This document shows positions 31,027-41,354 of a stretch of DNA of 64,000 nucleotides, piece by piece (the stretch's first letter is position 1; every line of letters starts with the position of its first letter). The notes below the pieces were generated by a model. The model did not search any database. It was given only the letters and a program-made list of their open reading frames with translations, and had not been told where the DNA came from. The stretch is from Nitrosopumilus sp. (lineage in GTDB: Archaea > Thermoproteota > Nitrososphaeria > Nitrososphaerales > Nitrosopumilaceae), in the NCBI GenBank assembly GCA_965203315.1, contig OZ241857.1, positions 1,760,001-1,824,000 on the forward strand. Direction: 5' to 3'. The translations under genes and the position numbers were made by a program.

Positions 31027-31934
31027 TCGATATATTTGAGACCTTGAGAGGTAATCCAGATCAGCCAGACTATAAACACAAGGGCGTTATCGTCCAAGGC
31101 ATTACCGGCGCATATGGTTCATTACACACACGAAATATGATCCAATATGGTACAAATATTGTGGCCGGTGTTACACCAGGCAAAGGTGGACAGAGCTTTG
31201 ATGGAATTCCTATATACGATGATGTCAAATCGGCAGTAGATGCGACCGGATCAAAGATATCGATAGTCTTTGTTCCCGCAAAGTTCTTTCTCTCAGCTGC
31301 TCGTGAAGCATTAGAATCAGGAATCAAACTCTTGATCGCGATTCCTGAACATGTTCCAGTACGCGATACAATGATAGCCCTACAGGTTGCCCAAAGACAC
31401 GGTGCTGTAATAATAGGTCCCAATACCCCAGGTATAATAATTCCAGAGATCATAAAATTAGGAATAATGCCTCCAACTCCATTCAAAGCAGGCAAGATAG
31501 CCGTTCTCTCAAAGAGTGGAACGCTTCTCTATGAGATATCAGACGCTTTGACTAGTGCAGGTTTTGGTCAATCTATCACCATCGGTATTGGAGGTGATCC
31601 GATAAACGGTACTAGACTAGTAGACGCGTTTGAGATGATAAAAGACACTCCAGACCTCGACGGACTTGTTGTTGTGGGTGAGATCGGTGGCGACTCTGAA
31701 GAGATACTTGCACAAAGAATAATCGACTCTGAATTTACTAAACCTACTGTGGCGTACATTGCTGGACGTGCAGCACCAAAAGAGAAGCGCATGGGACATG
31801 CAGGCGCAATTGTAATGGGAACATATGGATCAGCCGAGTCCAAGATATCCATGTTCAACAAGGCAAACATTCCAGTTGCCAAACGACCGTCTGAAGTACC
31901 TGTACTTCTTGCAGGCAAGATGCGATCCGATTAG
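31023..31934 (+). CDS. sucD: succinyl-CoA synthetase alpha subunit
   Basis: VQGITG, GVTPGKGG, IGPNTPG, RMGHAGA. Confidence 0.95.
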   Translation: MIDIFETLRGNPDQPDYKHKGVIVQGITGAYGSLHTRNMIQYGTNIVAGVTPGKGGQSFDGIPIYDDVKSAVDATGSKISIVFVPAKFFLSAAREALESGIKLLIAIPEHVPVRDTMIALQVAQRHGAVIIGPNTPGIIIPEIIKLGIMPPTPFKAGKIAVLSKSGTLLYEISDALTSAGFGQSITIGIGGDPINGTRLVDAFEMIKDTPDLDGLVVVGEIGGDSEEILAQRIIDSEFTKPTVAYIAGRAAPKEKRMGHAGAIVMGTYGSAESKISMFNKANIPVAKRPSEVPVLLAGKMRSD

Positions 31935-31964
31935 AATAAAAGAGAGGCCAATTGAGATTCTGCA

Positions 31965-32132
31965 ATGCCAATTACGGATCCAGAAAAGAAACGAATAGCT
32001 CAAAAGGCTAGATTGGTTATGCGCATCTGCTTTAACTGTGGGTGTAGAAACGACATTGATGCTACACGTTGTCGAAAGTGTAAGAATCCATACCTTCGAA
32101 TCAAGAACCGTAATCTAGGCGTCAAAAAGTAG
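31965..32132 (+). CDS. rpl40e: 50S ribosomal protein L40e
   Basis: MPITDPEKKRIAQKARLVMRICFNCGCRNDIDATRCRKCKNPYLRIKNRNLGVKK; not in the ORF track. Confidence 0.93.
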   Translation: MPITDPEKKRIAQKARLVMRICFNCGCRNDIDATRCRKCKNPYLRIKNRNLGVKK

Positions 32133-32375
32133 CCTGTCTTTATACTGCTTTATTGCATATCTTATGCGATTCTGATATCTGCTCAGCTTTTCAGCATCTT
32201 TGGGATCATCGATCTCTTCTAGTTCTAGTTGTAGATCCTCTGGCAGTTCTTCGTTTATCTGGTATAGTAGATTTGCTGCAGACTCGTACTGTCTCATGTT
32301 TACTGCACCGTCGTATGCTGTAACCATACGTTCTAGTACTTCAAAATCTGGCATGTACTTTATCCTGTATTGCAA
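32115..32375 (-). CDS. hypothetical protein (possible mobile/viral origin)
   Basis: Short acidic helical ORF downstream of the SSAP-like gene, overlapping the rpl40e 3' end. Confidence 0.5.
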   Translation of the reverse strand: MQYRIKYMPDFEVLERMVTAYDGAVNMRQYESAANLLYQINEELPEDLQLELEEIDDPKDAEKLSRYQNRIRYAIKQYKDRLLFDA

Positions 32376-32476
32376 TAAAAAAAGATTGTCGAGACTTTAT
32401 CTAACTGCCGTATTGATCTATGCATATTGGCATTTCTTGTTTGTGTTAAATAAAATAGATGACAGTACGCGTCATC

Positions 32477-33145
32477 TTATTTTGCAACTAGATCGTCTTT
32501 TATCTCTTCGATCAATAATGATGCTCTCTCTTTGGAGGTTGGTTTTGAGCCAGTATAACCTAATGCCTTGAGATATGCCAACTGTCTAGCAGTTGGCGGA
32601 TCTGAGTCTGTATACTCTGTGTCTAGACGTTGCATCTGTTCTTCTGCACAGTTTTTGATCATACTATCGACCTCTAGTGCTGGGATGAGCTGTCGCATTG
32701 CATTACGAACTGCTTTACCATGTGCCTTGGTTCGACCAAACTCATCATAATGTGTATACACTCTCTGTCCGGTACTCTTTTCATAATACCATGCCAAAAA
32801 GGGTGACTCGGAGACTCCGATTACGACTGCTCCTGTCCCCGCATTTCTAACTGTTGCCTTACTGTACCATATCCATTGAGACTTGTCATCTGGATCGTGT
32901 TTGATAAGTTCAATATTTGACTCTACTACCTCTAGTGGTTGACCGTTCTCTCCCATTCTCTGTGCGATCCATTGTATGCCTGTATATGATAACTCGCGGT
33001 TTCCTCTTTTGTTCACATACACTAGCGCTTGAATGAGTTCTTGTGACGCATTGACGATCTGGTTGCTATCTTCTTGTTCATATGCTTTGATATCAGATAT
33101 GTCTGTCAAATTATATCTCTTTGAACACATCTGTCTTTTAATCAT
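32477..33145 (-). CDS. putative Rad52/Sak-like single-strand annealing protein
   Basis: LSYTGI..IA, three predicted beta strands, then helix GRTKAHGKAVRNAMRQLIP; C-terminal PPTARQLAYLKALG...ASLLIEEI tail seen in phage proteins. Confidence 0.5.
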   Translation of the reverse strand: MIKRQMCSKRYNLTDISDIKAYEQEDSNQIVNASQELIQALVYVNKRGNRELSYTGIQWIAQRMGENGQPLEVVESNIELIKHDPDDKSQWIWYSKATVRNAGTGAVVIGVSESPFLAWYYEKSTGQRVYTHYDEFGRTKAHGKAVRNAMRQLIPALEVDSMIKNCAEEQMQRLDTEYTDSDPPTARQLAYLKALGYTGSKPTSKERASLLIEEIKDDLVAK

Positions 33146-33149
33146 CCAT

Positions 33150-33212
33150 CATATACTGTATATACGATATATACAATGTATACTATGGATACTACACATA
33201 TTATACATACTG
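33150..33212. repeat. seven degenerate 9-bp tandem units (core ATAC)
   Basis: catatactg tatatacga tatatacaa tgtatacta tggatacta cacatatta tacatactg. Confidence 0.7.
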
Positions 33213-33528
33213 TTATCAGTTGCTGGGAGCGATCATCTCTGTGTTGGTTATAACACCTCCTGAGCAGTATTGAACGGTCTAATCAAAGACTAGAAAATTT
33301 ACACTATTTAACATGTGCAGGTGTTGCAAATGTTCACAGGAAAAGGTAGGTAGAAGGTCTTTGTTCGTGGATCGGTTCTAGTGGTTCTAATAGCGGTGGT
33401 TTTGGTGAAATCTCTCCAATTAATGACTCAAAGGATCTAGTCATCTTGATGTAACTTGTCAACTCTATCTCGTAATAGTAATGTGATAGTCTACCGATTC
33501 CACACCTTGCTAGAACCTGCAAGATACT

Positions 33529-33553
33529 TTTATAAGATACGGGGGGGGGGGGG
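33529..33553 (+). promoter_or_regulatory. TATA box followed by a G13 homopolymer
   Basis: TTTATA 33529-33534, AGATAC, G13 33541-33553, then 8 nt to the TTG start. Confidence 0.75.
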
Positions 33554-33561
33554 AGTGCTTA

Positions 33562-36500
33562 TTGCTCAAGCGTCGTTTGATCTTTCTGATAGTCTTGTTA
33601 GCAGTTGTCCCATTTTTAATAGTCTATACGCCTGATGCATATGCGACCCCGCTGTACCTACCACCACCTAGTGGTTTTCCTACTTCTCTTACTACAAGTG
33701 AAGCTCCATACATGTCAGCTCAACTAGCTAGCGACAGTGGAACAATTGGTGCTACCAGCGCCAAACGATATCAGATAGACGGTAATCAAAACGTACCGGT
33801 CAAGGCAGGCGATATCTACATACAGGGTACTACAACGATAATATCCAATCCATTCTTTGTAGGAAAGGGTTACACATGTCCTTTTAATGTATTCTCACTC
33901 CCTACTGAACGCACTTTTCATGGAGGTGGTTTTGCTTATCCGACCAATGTACAGCCGACAGGTAATGCAACCAATCCCGCATCACTGACATTTCATGGAG
34001 ACTCTACTTGTGCAAACTGGTCTCCTACACATCCAATGATAACAGACAAAGAGATGCGAATCACTCTAGACAATAAAACAGGCAGTAAAGCTTGGTATGC
34101 ATCACCTCGTCAAAACATAACCGAAGCTCAGCCAATTCCTGCATGTACTGCCGATACCATAAATATCAGTACCGGTAAACTCAAGGGCAACACAAAGATG
34201 TGTTATGGTGTATACCAGGACGATCTGATCATCGTAACCAAGAGATTCTTGGGATACTATGGATCTGCGGATACAATTACGACACCACAGAATCCGGTAG
34301 ACCTTGATTCTGATGGATATTCAATTCCTTCAGGTACACTGTCCATACCACCACCTAGTGGTTTTCCTACTTCTCTTACTACAAGTGAAGCTCCATACAT
34401 GTCAGCTCAACTAGCTAGCGACAGTGGAACAATTGGTGCTACCAGCGCCAAACGATATCAGATAGACGGTAATCAAAACGTACCGGTCAAGGCAGGCGAT
34501 ATCTACATACAGGGTACTACAACGATAATATCCAATCCATTCTTTGTAGGAAAGGGTTACACATGTCCTTTTAATGTATTCTCACTCCCTACTGAACGCA
34601 CTTTTCATGGAGGTGGTTTTGCTTATCCGACCAATGTACAGCCGACAGGTAATGCAACCAATCCCGCATCACTGACATTTCATGGAGACTCTACTTGTGC
34701 AAACTGGTCTCCTACACATCCAATGATAACAGACAAAGAGATGCGAATCACTCTAGACAATAAAACAGGCAGTAAAGCTTGGTATGCATCACCTCGTCAA
34801 AACATAACCGAAGCTCAGCCAATTCCTGCATGTACTGCCGATACCATAAATATCAGTACCGGTAAACTCAAGGGCAACACAAAGATGTGTTATGGTGTAT
34901 ACCAGGACGATCTGATCATCGTAACCAAGAGATTCTTGGGATACTATGGATCTGCGGATACAATTACGACACCACAGAATCCGGTAGACCTTGATTCTGA
35001 TGGATATTCAATTCCTTCAGGTACACTGTCCATACCACCACCTAGTGGTTTTCCTACTTCTCTTACTACAAGTGAAGCTCCATACATGTCAGCTCAACTA
35101 GCTAGCGACAGTGGAACAATTGGTGCTACCAGCGCCAAACGATATCAGATAGACGGTAATCAAAACGTACCGGTCAAGGCAGGCGATATCTACATACAGG
35201 GTACTACAACGATAATATCCAATCCATTCTTTGTAGGAAAGGGTTACACATGTCCTTTTAATGTATTCTCACTCCCTACTGAACGCACTTTTCATGGAGG
35301 TGGTTTTGCTTATCCGACCAATGTACAGCCGACAGGTAATGCAACCAATCCCGCATCACTGACATTTCATGGAGACTCTACTTGTGCAAACTGGTCTCCT
35401 ACACATCCAATGATAACAGACAAAGAGATGCGAATCACTCTAGACAATAAAACAGGCAGTAAAGCTTGGTATGCATCACCTCGTCAAAACATAACCGAAG
35501 CTCAGCCAATTCCTGCATGTACTGCCGATACCATAAATATCAGTACCGGTAAACTCAAGGGCAACACAAAGATGTGTTATGGTGTATACCAGGACGATCT
35601 GATCATCGTAACCAAGAGATTCTTGGGATACTATGGATCTGCGGATACAATTACGACACCACAGAATCCGGTAGACCTTGATTCTGATGGATATTCAATT
35701 CCTTCAGGTACACTGTCCATACCACCACCTAGTGGTTTTCCTACTTCTCTTACTACAAGTGAAGCTCCATACATGTCAGCTCAACTAGCTAGCGACAGTG
35801 GAACAATTGGTGCTACCAGCGCCAAACGATATCAGATAGACGGTAATCAAAACGTACCGGTCAAGGCAGGCGATATCTACATACAGGGTACTACAACGAT
35901 AATATCCAATCCATTCTTTGTAGGAAAGGGTTACACATGTCCTTTTAATGTATTCTCACTCCCTACTGAACGCACTTTTCATGGAGGTGGTTTTGCTTAT
36001 CCGACCAATGTACAGCCGACAGGTAATGCAACCAATCCCGCATCACTGACATTTCATGGAGACTCTACTTGTGCAAACTGGTCTCCTACACATCCAATGA
36101 TAACAGACAAAGAGATGCGAATCACTCTAGACAATAAAACAGGCAGTAAAGCTTGGTATGCATCACCTCGTCAAAACATAACCGAAGCTCAGCCAATTCC
36201 TGCATGTACTGCCGATACCATAAATATCAGTACCGGTAAACTCAAGGGCAACACAAAGATGTGTTATGGTGTATACCAGGACGATCTGATCATCGTAACC
36301 AAGAGATTCTTGGGATACTATGGATCTGCGGATACAATTACGACACCACAGAATCCGGTAGACCTTGATTCTGATGGATATTCAATTCCTTCAGGTACAC
36401 TGTCCATACCACCACCTAGTGGTTTTCCTCCTACACTTACTACAAGTGATGTTCCATACCTGACAACTAGTCTTAATATCGACACTGGAACACTTGGTAC

Positions 36501-39500
36501 AAGTGCAAAGAGATATCAGATAGATGGTACCCAACCTGGTTCACCGGTCAAGGCAGGTGATATCCATATACAAGGTACGACAACAATACTCTCAAATCCG
36601 GTACTCTTTGATCTCTCAACAACATGTGCTTTTAATATCGTATCACTTCCTGCTCTAAGTACTGCTTTTCCAACCAATGTACAACCAGCAGGTAATGCAA
36701 CCAATCCGGCATCGATTGCATTTAGTGGACAATCTTCTTGTGCAAGCTTGTCTCCTACACATCCAATGATAACAGACAAAGAGATGCGAATTACTCTGAC
36801 CAATAAAACAGGCAGTAAAGCTTGGTATGCATCACCTCGTCAAAACATAACCGAAGCTCAGCCGATCCCTGCGTGTACTGCCGATACCATAAATGTCAGT
36901 ACCGGTAAACTCAAGGGCAACACAAAGATGTGTTATGGTGTATATGACGGTGAACTGATCATCATAACCAAGAGATTCTTTGGACAATATGGATCTGCTG
37001 ACACCATTACACCACCACAGAATCCAGTTGATCTCGATTCAGACAAGCCCACATCTGCGACCCCTGTACCTACGACCCCTCCGCCCACACCCGGACAGAC
37101 CCTGACGATAACCATACCTGTACCCAATGATGGTAACATTACCAGTGCGCCCCTCAGTCTCGACCACAATACGCCCAACAAGGCACGATTCATCAATAAT
37201 GAAGTTTCACCAGGATCTGGCACTAGGTATCATGATTTAATTGATGGACAATTAGGCAACATTACGATTCATTACAACACAAATATCACTAGCCAAACGT
37301 TTACTGTACCCTCAAATCCTGTTAATTACTGTTATACTGCCCAGGCAAAGGTGGGGCAATTCACATTCTCTGTGCCAAAGATAAACTCCTATATCGTCCT
37401 AGTATACCTAGATATCTCAAAAAACACTGAACAACGCTGTAGTGATGCTCCTGACATATCATTTAACGGTAAATTAACGCTAGACAAAGAGGTCTACATA
37501 AAACTGACTGGGACAGACGGACAAAATATCTTTTATCATGTGAGCGGTACAGATACGCCAGTAGAGATACCAAAGTGTACCAGTACCAACTTTGATTCTA
37601 CAGACAATACACTAAAGGGCAATACAGAGGTATGTTACGGCAAAGACGGTGCAGATACTGTCATCGTATCCAAGATACTTGCACGCTTTGGAGCCACAAC
37701 GGAGTCTATTCCAAAGTCTAGTACACCAGATCCAAGCAGCCAAGAACTGTTGACCATACCGCCAAAGACCAACTCTACAGTTGACGGTGCAGTACAATTT
37801 AACTCGGACAAATTTAATAGCGGCAAGATATTCTATAGTGGCTCCGATATGAGATTTCTGGACAAGCCAAACCCTACAGGTGATATCTATATAGAATCAA
37901 ATACTGAAACACTCCCGAACTCTCTATTTGTGATTACTGATGATTACGCATGTGATGCAACACTTGATCCTATTAAAAGTCTCAAGAAAAAACAGGTTCC
38001 AAATTTTGCCATACCAGACAATATATCTCCTAAACAAAAGAATAAACTATTTGGATTCGGTCTAGACTTTGAAGCTCCATGTTCCACACCAAGTCCAGAA
38101 ACTCCATCTAACCAAACCATATTCACCGACAAAGAGATGCGAGTTACTCTATACGGCAAGGCAGACAAAAAGCCCTACTATTTCTCACCACGTGACGGAA
38201 TACTAGAAGCACAACCCATACCCGCATGTACCAGTGATATCATCCACACAAGCAACTATACTTTACGAGGCGACAATACCATCTGTTATGGTAAACACGG
38301 AGATGATCTAGTCATTATAACAAAACGATTGGCTGGATTTTATGGTGCGGCCAACAAAGTCACCACACCTACAAATCCGGTAAACCTCAATGCAGATCCT
38401 CCATATCCCTCTCCCAAGGTACCTCGTGAGACCGATCTTTTACGACTGTCACCTCCTGCAAACTTTCCTGCACTGAATACAGATGGCAGATCTCTGTCGG
38501 TGACATCTGATCCGACTACTGCTCCTGGCGCATACTTGGCAGGCAATGATCGTGAGCGATACACTGGTCATCAAAACACTAGAATAGGCGACATGCATAT
38601 AAAAAACGATACAAAGATACTCCCCAACGAGTTTCCAGAGACGAGTACGTGTAGAGCTCAATTCAGAACCGTCAACGTTCTGATTGCCGATGACAATTAT
38701 GGAAATCTCACTCTTAAAGTACCTGCCAATCTAGTAGCAGACTCGGGTTCGTTTGGACCAAACTTTCTTGCAAGCGATACATGTAAGATTGATCTTACCA
38801 AAAACTCTGCCAAACCTCTCCTAACAGACAAAGAGTTGTGGTTTACTCTATACAACAAGGTAAATGAACACCCATACTATTTCTCGCCTCGTGAAAACAT
38901 AACAGATGCTCAACCAATTCCTGCGTGTACAACCGAGACACTTGACAAAAGCGACAATACCCTCAAGGGTGATACTATTATGTGCTTTGCTAAACATACC
39001 AACGACAACGATATCGTCATTATAACAAAACGGCTTAGTGGATTTTATGGAGCAGCTGCTCTGATACTCGAACCTGCAACTCGTGCAACACTCAATCCAG
39101 TTACACCCAGCACACCAGTCCCACCTAGCGGCACAGTTCCAGTTACTGTACCTGTTACTGTACCTGTTACTATTGAGACAGCTTTTCCACTAGTTACTGA
39201 CCCCAAGTCTCACACACGTATGGATATACCAATAAGATCACTGGGTGCAGATGTTGGTGGTCTCTTAACTGAGAACGGCACCTTTAGACACGGATACTTG
39301 GATCTAGGTGATTCTGGCATCGAGTCGGGCTATACCGGACCCATACATGTTGGTTACGTTTACCTTCCACCAAACACAAAACTAGGTCCAAATCCGTCAT
39401 TTGCAGCTGTTGGCAAGAACACTTTTGACGCAAATCTCTTACCTACCTATATTAAACAAACCTTATTCACTGATTCCAACACGTTAGGTGTACCCGCATT

Positions 39501-40797
39501 TGGATTCTTTTACGAGCCGGGAGCCGATTATCTCGAATCTGATGACAAGGCTACAATGTTCAAACCGCACGAAACCAACTCTACTATACGTGTCGTACTG
39601 TACAACCAGACCGGCAAGGCTGGATTCTCTTACTATCCATTAGGACCAGCAAAGACGTTTACACCAGATTTCATGTCAAAATGTACTGCATCTAACTTTG
39701 ACTTTACTACTCTATTACTAAAAGGCGACACCAAAGACTGCTATTATGACAACAATCGTGACATAATCATATTTACAAAGATACTAGAGTGGTATGGTGC
39801 TGGAGATGCCCCCAGTAAATCTATGAATAAAACGACTAAATCGGATAAAAGCGATACTTTTCTGTCCCTTGCACCAACATTTGGCAGATCACAATTCACG
39901 GGTGAACAGTTGGTAACCTGTGGCTATAAAATGGACGACACTTGCCGTGATGTTACTGCATACCATGTCCGGTACGAACGAGATACAATCCAGACAAACA
40001 CAACACACACATTTGCTCTCAAGGCACATGCGCCAAATCTGTTAAACAATGTAATGCTGGCATTCAGTGTACCTACAGTTGGTGCTCCACTGAGTGCAGC
40101 AGAAGCATACATTTCCGTAAATCTTGGAATAAACTATAGCGAACCATCATACCATTACATCACAGATGTTATTATACATGACCCAAACAATATCATCGAC
40201 TATGATATACAAGGTACAACCGTATCCAAGGTATCTTGTTCTGGCGGTACACTAGAGTGTATCCAAGTAATCCTCCCAGATGTACTATTCCGTGATGTAA
40301 TGAATCACGAACCGTTTGCAATACAAGTAACAGACACGTTATCACTGAACGCAATAAACTACATGAACGAAGGCGTCTTTGTTGAAGGTACATCACTAAA
40401 CGCACCACCGACTGTACGACCAGGACTAACACTATCTGGTGACGATGGTAGACCGATAAACTTGGTACTGGTCCGTACAGACAAGGTCTCTGATCTGTGG
40501 GCTGATGCATTTGGAAACACGTGGAGTCGCAACTCGTTTGGCAACTTTGTCATTGTACAATATGCACCATACGCAGGTACCACTCCAGTGTGTACAGACA
40601 TCAATGACAGAATCTGTCCGCCATTCAAGGTCAAACTCGACTGGCACAATCAAAAGATGATAGAACTACGTGACTCGCTATACAATGCATACAAGACAGA
40701 ACCGTACGCAGAGATCGACAATATATTCACATACGAGTTTGGTGACATGGACTCTCGCACTAGAACACTGATGAATCTGGGCTGGCTGACTGAATAG
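33562..40797 (+). CDS. giant secreted/surface repeat protein (2411 aa)
   Basis: Signal peptide ending AYA; ~9 Cys-containing modules; Pro/Thr linkers; many N-x-S/T sequons; distinct C-terminal domain. Confidence 0.88.
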   Translation: MLKRRLIFLIVLLAVVPFLIVYTPDAYATPLYLPPPSGFPTSLTTSEAPYMSAQLASDSGTIGATSAKRYQIDGNQNVPVKAGDIYIQGTTTIISNPFFVGKGYTCPFNVFSLPTERTFHGGGFAYPTNVQPTGNATNPASLTFHGDSTCANWSPTHPMITDKEMRITLDNKTGSKAWYASPRQNITEAQPIPACTADTINISTGKLKGNTKMCYGVYQDDLIIVTKRFLGYYGSADTITTPQNPVDLDSDGYSIPSGTLSIPPPSGFPTSLTTSEAPYMSAQLASDSGTIGATSAKRYQIDGNQNVPVKAGDIYIQGTTTIISNPFFVGKGYTCPFNVFSLPTERTFHGGGFAYPTNVQPTGNATNPASLTFHGDSTCANWSPTHPMITDKEMRITLDNKTGSKAWYASPRQNITEAQPIPACTADTINISTGKLKGNTKMCYGVYQDDLIIVTKRFLGYYGSADTITTPQNPVDLDSDGYSIPSGTLSIPPPSGFPTSLTTSEAPYMSAQLASDSGTIGATSAKRYQIDGNQNVPVKAGDIYIQGTTTIISNPFFVGKGYTCPFNVFSLPTERTFHGGGFAYPTNVQPTGNATNPASLTFHGDSTCANWSPTHPMITDKEMRITLDNKTGSKAWYASPRQNITEAQPIPACTADTINISTGKLKGNTKMCYGVYQDDLIIVTKRFLGYYGSADTITTPQNPVDLDSDGYSIPSGTLSIPPPSGFPTSLTTSEAPYMSAQLASDSGTIGATSAKRYQIDGNQNVPVKAGDIYIQGTTTIISNPFFVGKGYTCPFNVFSLPTERTFHGGGFAYPTNVQPTGNATNPASLTFHGDSTCANWSPTHPMITDKEMRITLDNKTGSKAWYASPRQNITEAQPIPACTADTINISTGKLKGNTKMCYGVYQDDLIIVTKRFLGYYGSADTITTPQNPVDLDSDGYSIPSGTLSIPPPSGFPPTLTTSDVPYLTTSLNIDTGTLGTSAKRYQIDGTQPGSPVKAGDIHIQGTTTILSNPVLFDLSTTCAFNIVSLPALSTAFPTNVQPAGNATNPASIAFSGQSSCASLSPTHPMITDKEMRITLTNKTGSKAWYASPRQNITEAQPIPACTADTINVSTGKLKGNTKMCYGVYDGELIIITKRFFGQYGSADTITPPQNPVDLDSDKPTSATPVPTTPPPTPGQTLTITIPVPNDGNITSAPLSLDHNTPNKARFINNEVSPGSGTRYHDLIDGQLGNITIHYNTNITSQTFTVPSNPVNYCYTAQAKVGQFTFSVPKINSYIVLVYLDISKNTEQRCSDAPDISFNGKLTLDKEVYIKLTGTDGQNIFYHVSGTDTPVEIPKCTSTNFDSTDNTLKGNTEVCYGKDGADTVIVSKILARFGATTESIPKSSTPDPSSQELLTIPPKTNSTVDGAVQFNSDKFNSGKIFYSGSDMRFLDKPNPTGDIYIESNTETLPNSLFVITDDYACDATLDPIKSLKKKQVPNFAIPDNISPKQKNKLFGFGLDFEAPCSTPSPETPSNQTIFTDKEMRVTLYGKADKKPYYFSPRDGILEAQPIPACTSDIIHTSNYTLRGDNTICYGKHGDDLVIITKRLAGFYGAANKVTTPTNPVNLNADPPYPSPKVPRETDLLRLSPPANFPALNTDGRSLSVTSDPTTAPGAYLAGNDRERYTGHQNTRIGDMHIKNDTKILPNEFPETSTCRAQFRTVNVLIADDNYGNLTLKVPANLVADSGSFGPNFLASDTCKIDLTKNSAKPLLTDKELWFTLYNKVNEHPYYFSPRENITDAQPIPACTTETLDKSDNTLKGDTIMCFAKHTNDNDIVIITKRLSGFYGAAALILEPATRATLNPVTPSTPVPPSGTVPVTVPVTVPVTIETAFPLVTDPKSHTRMDIPIRSLGADVGGLLTENGTFRHGYLDLGDSGIESGYTGPIHVGYVYLPPNTKLGPNPSFAAVGKNTFDANLLPTYIKQTLFTDSNTLGVPAFGFFYEPGADYLESDDKATMFKPHETNSTIRVVLYNQTGKAGFSYYPLGPAKTFTPDFMSKCTASNFDFTTLLLKGDTKDCYYDNNRDIIIFTKILEWYGAGDAPSKSMNKTTKSDKSDTFLSLAPTFGRSQFTGEQLVTCGYKMDDTCRDVTAYHVRYERDTIQTNTTHTFALKAHAPNLLNNVMLAFSVPTVGAPLSAAEAYISVNLGINYSEPSYHYITDVIIHDPNNIIDYDIQGTTVSKVSCSGGTLECIQVILPDVLFRDVMNHEPFAIQVTDTLSLNAINYMNEGVFVEGTSLNAPPTVRPGLTLSGDDGRPINLVLVRTDKVSDLWADAFGNTWSRNSFGNFVIVQYAPYAGTTPVCTDINDRICPPFKVKLDWHNQKMIELRDSLYNAYKTEPYAEIDNIFTYEFGDMDSRTRTLMNLGWLTE
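33661..36408 (+). repeat. four apparently identical 687-bp (229-aa) tandem repeats, followed by a divergent fifth
   Basis: Units begin CCACCACCTAGTGGTTTTCCT at 33661, 34348, 35035, 35722 and 36409. Confidence 0.95.
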
Positions 40798-40803
40798 ACT
40801 AAA

Positions 40804-40980
40804 GGTTCTATTCAATTGATGGGGGTTGGCATTTTCTGCACAAAATTCTCGAAAAATTTTATAAAATATGGAAACGGCCTCATATCTGCTATCGTAAATC
40901 GCTGCTGTTTTGAGTCACACACTGTGTGTCTTTTGAGATAACGTCATCACGATCTCAACTGCCGTCAATTGAACAGAACT
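40804..40980. mobile_element. MITE family A, copy 2
   Basis: GGTTCTATTCAATTGA...GTCAATTGAACAGAACT; begins 7 nt after the giant gene's stop codon. Confidence 0.85.
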
Positions 40981-41014
40981 GTTTATTAAAAAACGATGTG
41001 TGCCAACACATTTA

Positions 41015-41272
41015 GGATCTTTTCGATTTACCTGAGACTATGTGCGTATTATTAAGAGTACCCATGCCCAATCATCAAACATGGTAACAATGAATCAATC
41101 TGTCTCTAGAAATTACACTTGTGTTTTATTGTATCTTAAAACGTGAGTATGATGTAAGAAATACGCATATGGTCTCTGGAATGAATGGTTACAAAAAAAG
41201 CACTATGCGATTACATAACAAAATTACAGAAAAACCTTGCGAAACTTGATCCCACGTAAATCGAAGAGATCC
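41015..41272. mobile_element. MITE family B, long variant (258 bp)
   Basis: TIRs GGATCTTTTCGATTTAC / GTAAATCGAAGAGATCC; the right ~100 bp match the other copies. Confidence 0.7.
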
Positions 41273-41354
41273 ATCTATAAAATTGAGTACGCAGTTCTGA
41301 CCATCACGAAATTCAACTCGATTACATAAATTAATGGGTGATTGGGAATGTTTG

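Noticed and set aside
33661-37040. Diversity-generating retroelement TR/VR pair
   Set aside because: There is no reverse transcriptase in the window, and differences in module 5 include indels and non-adenine changes
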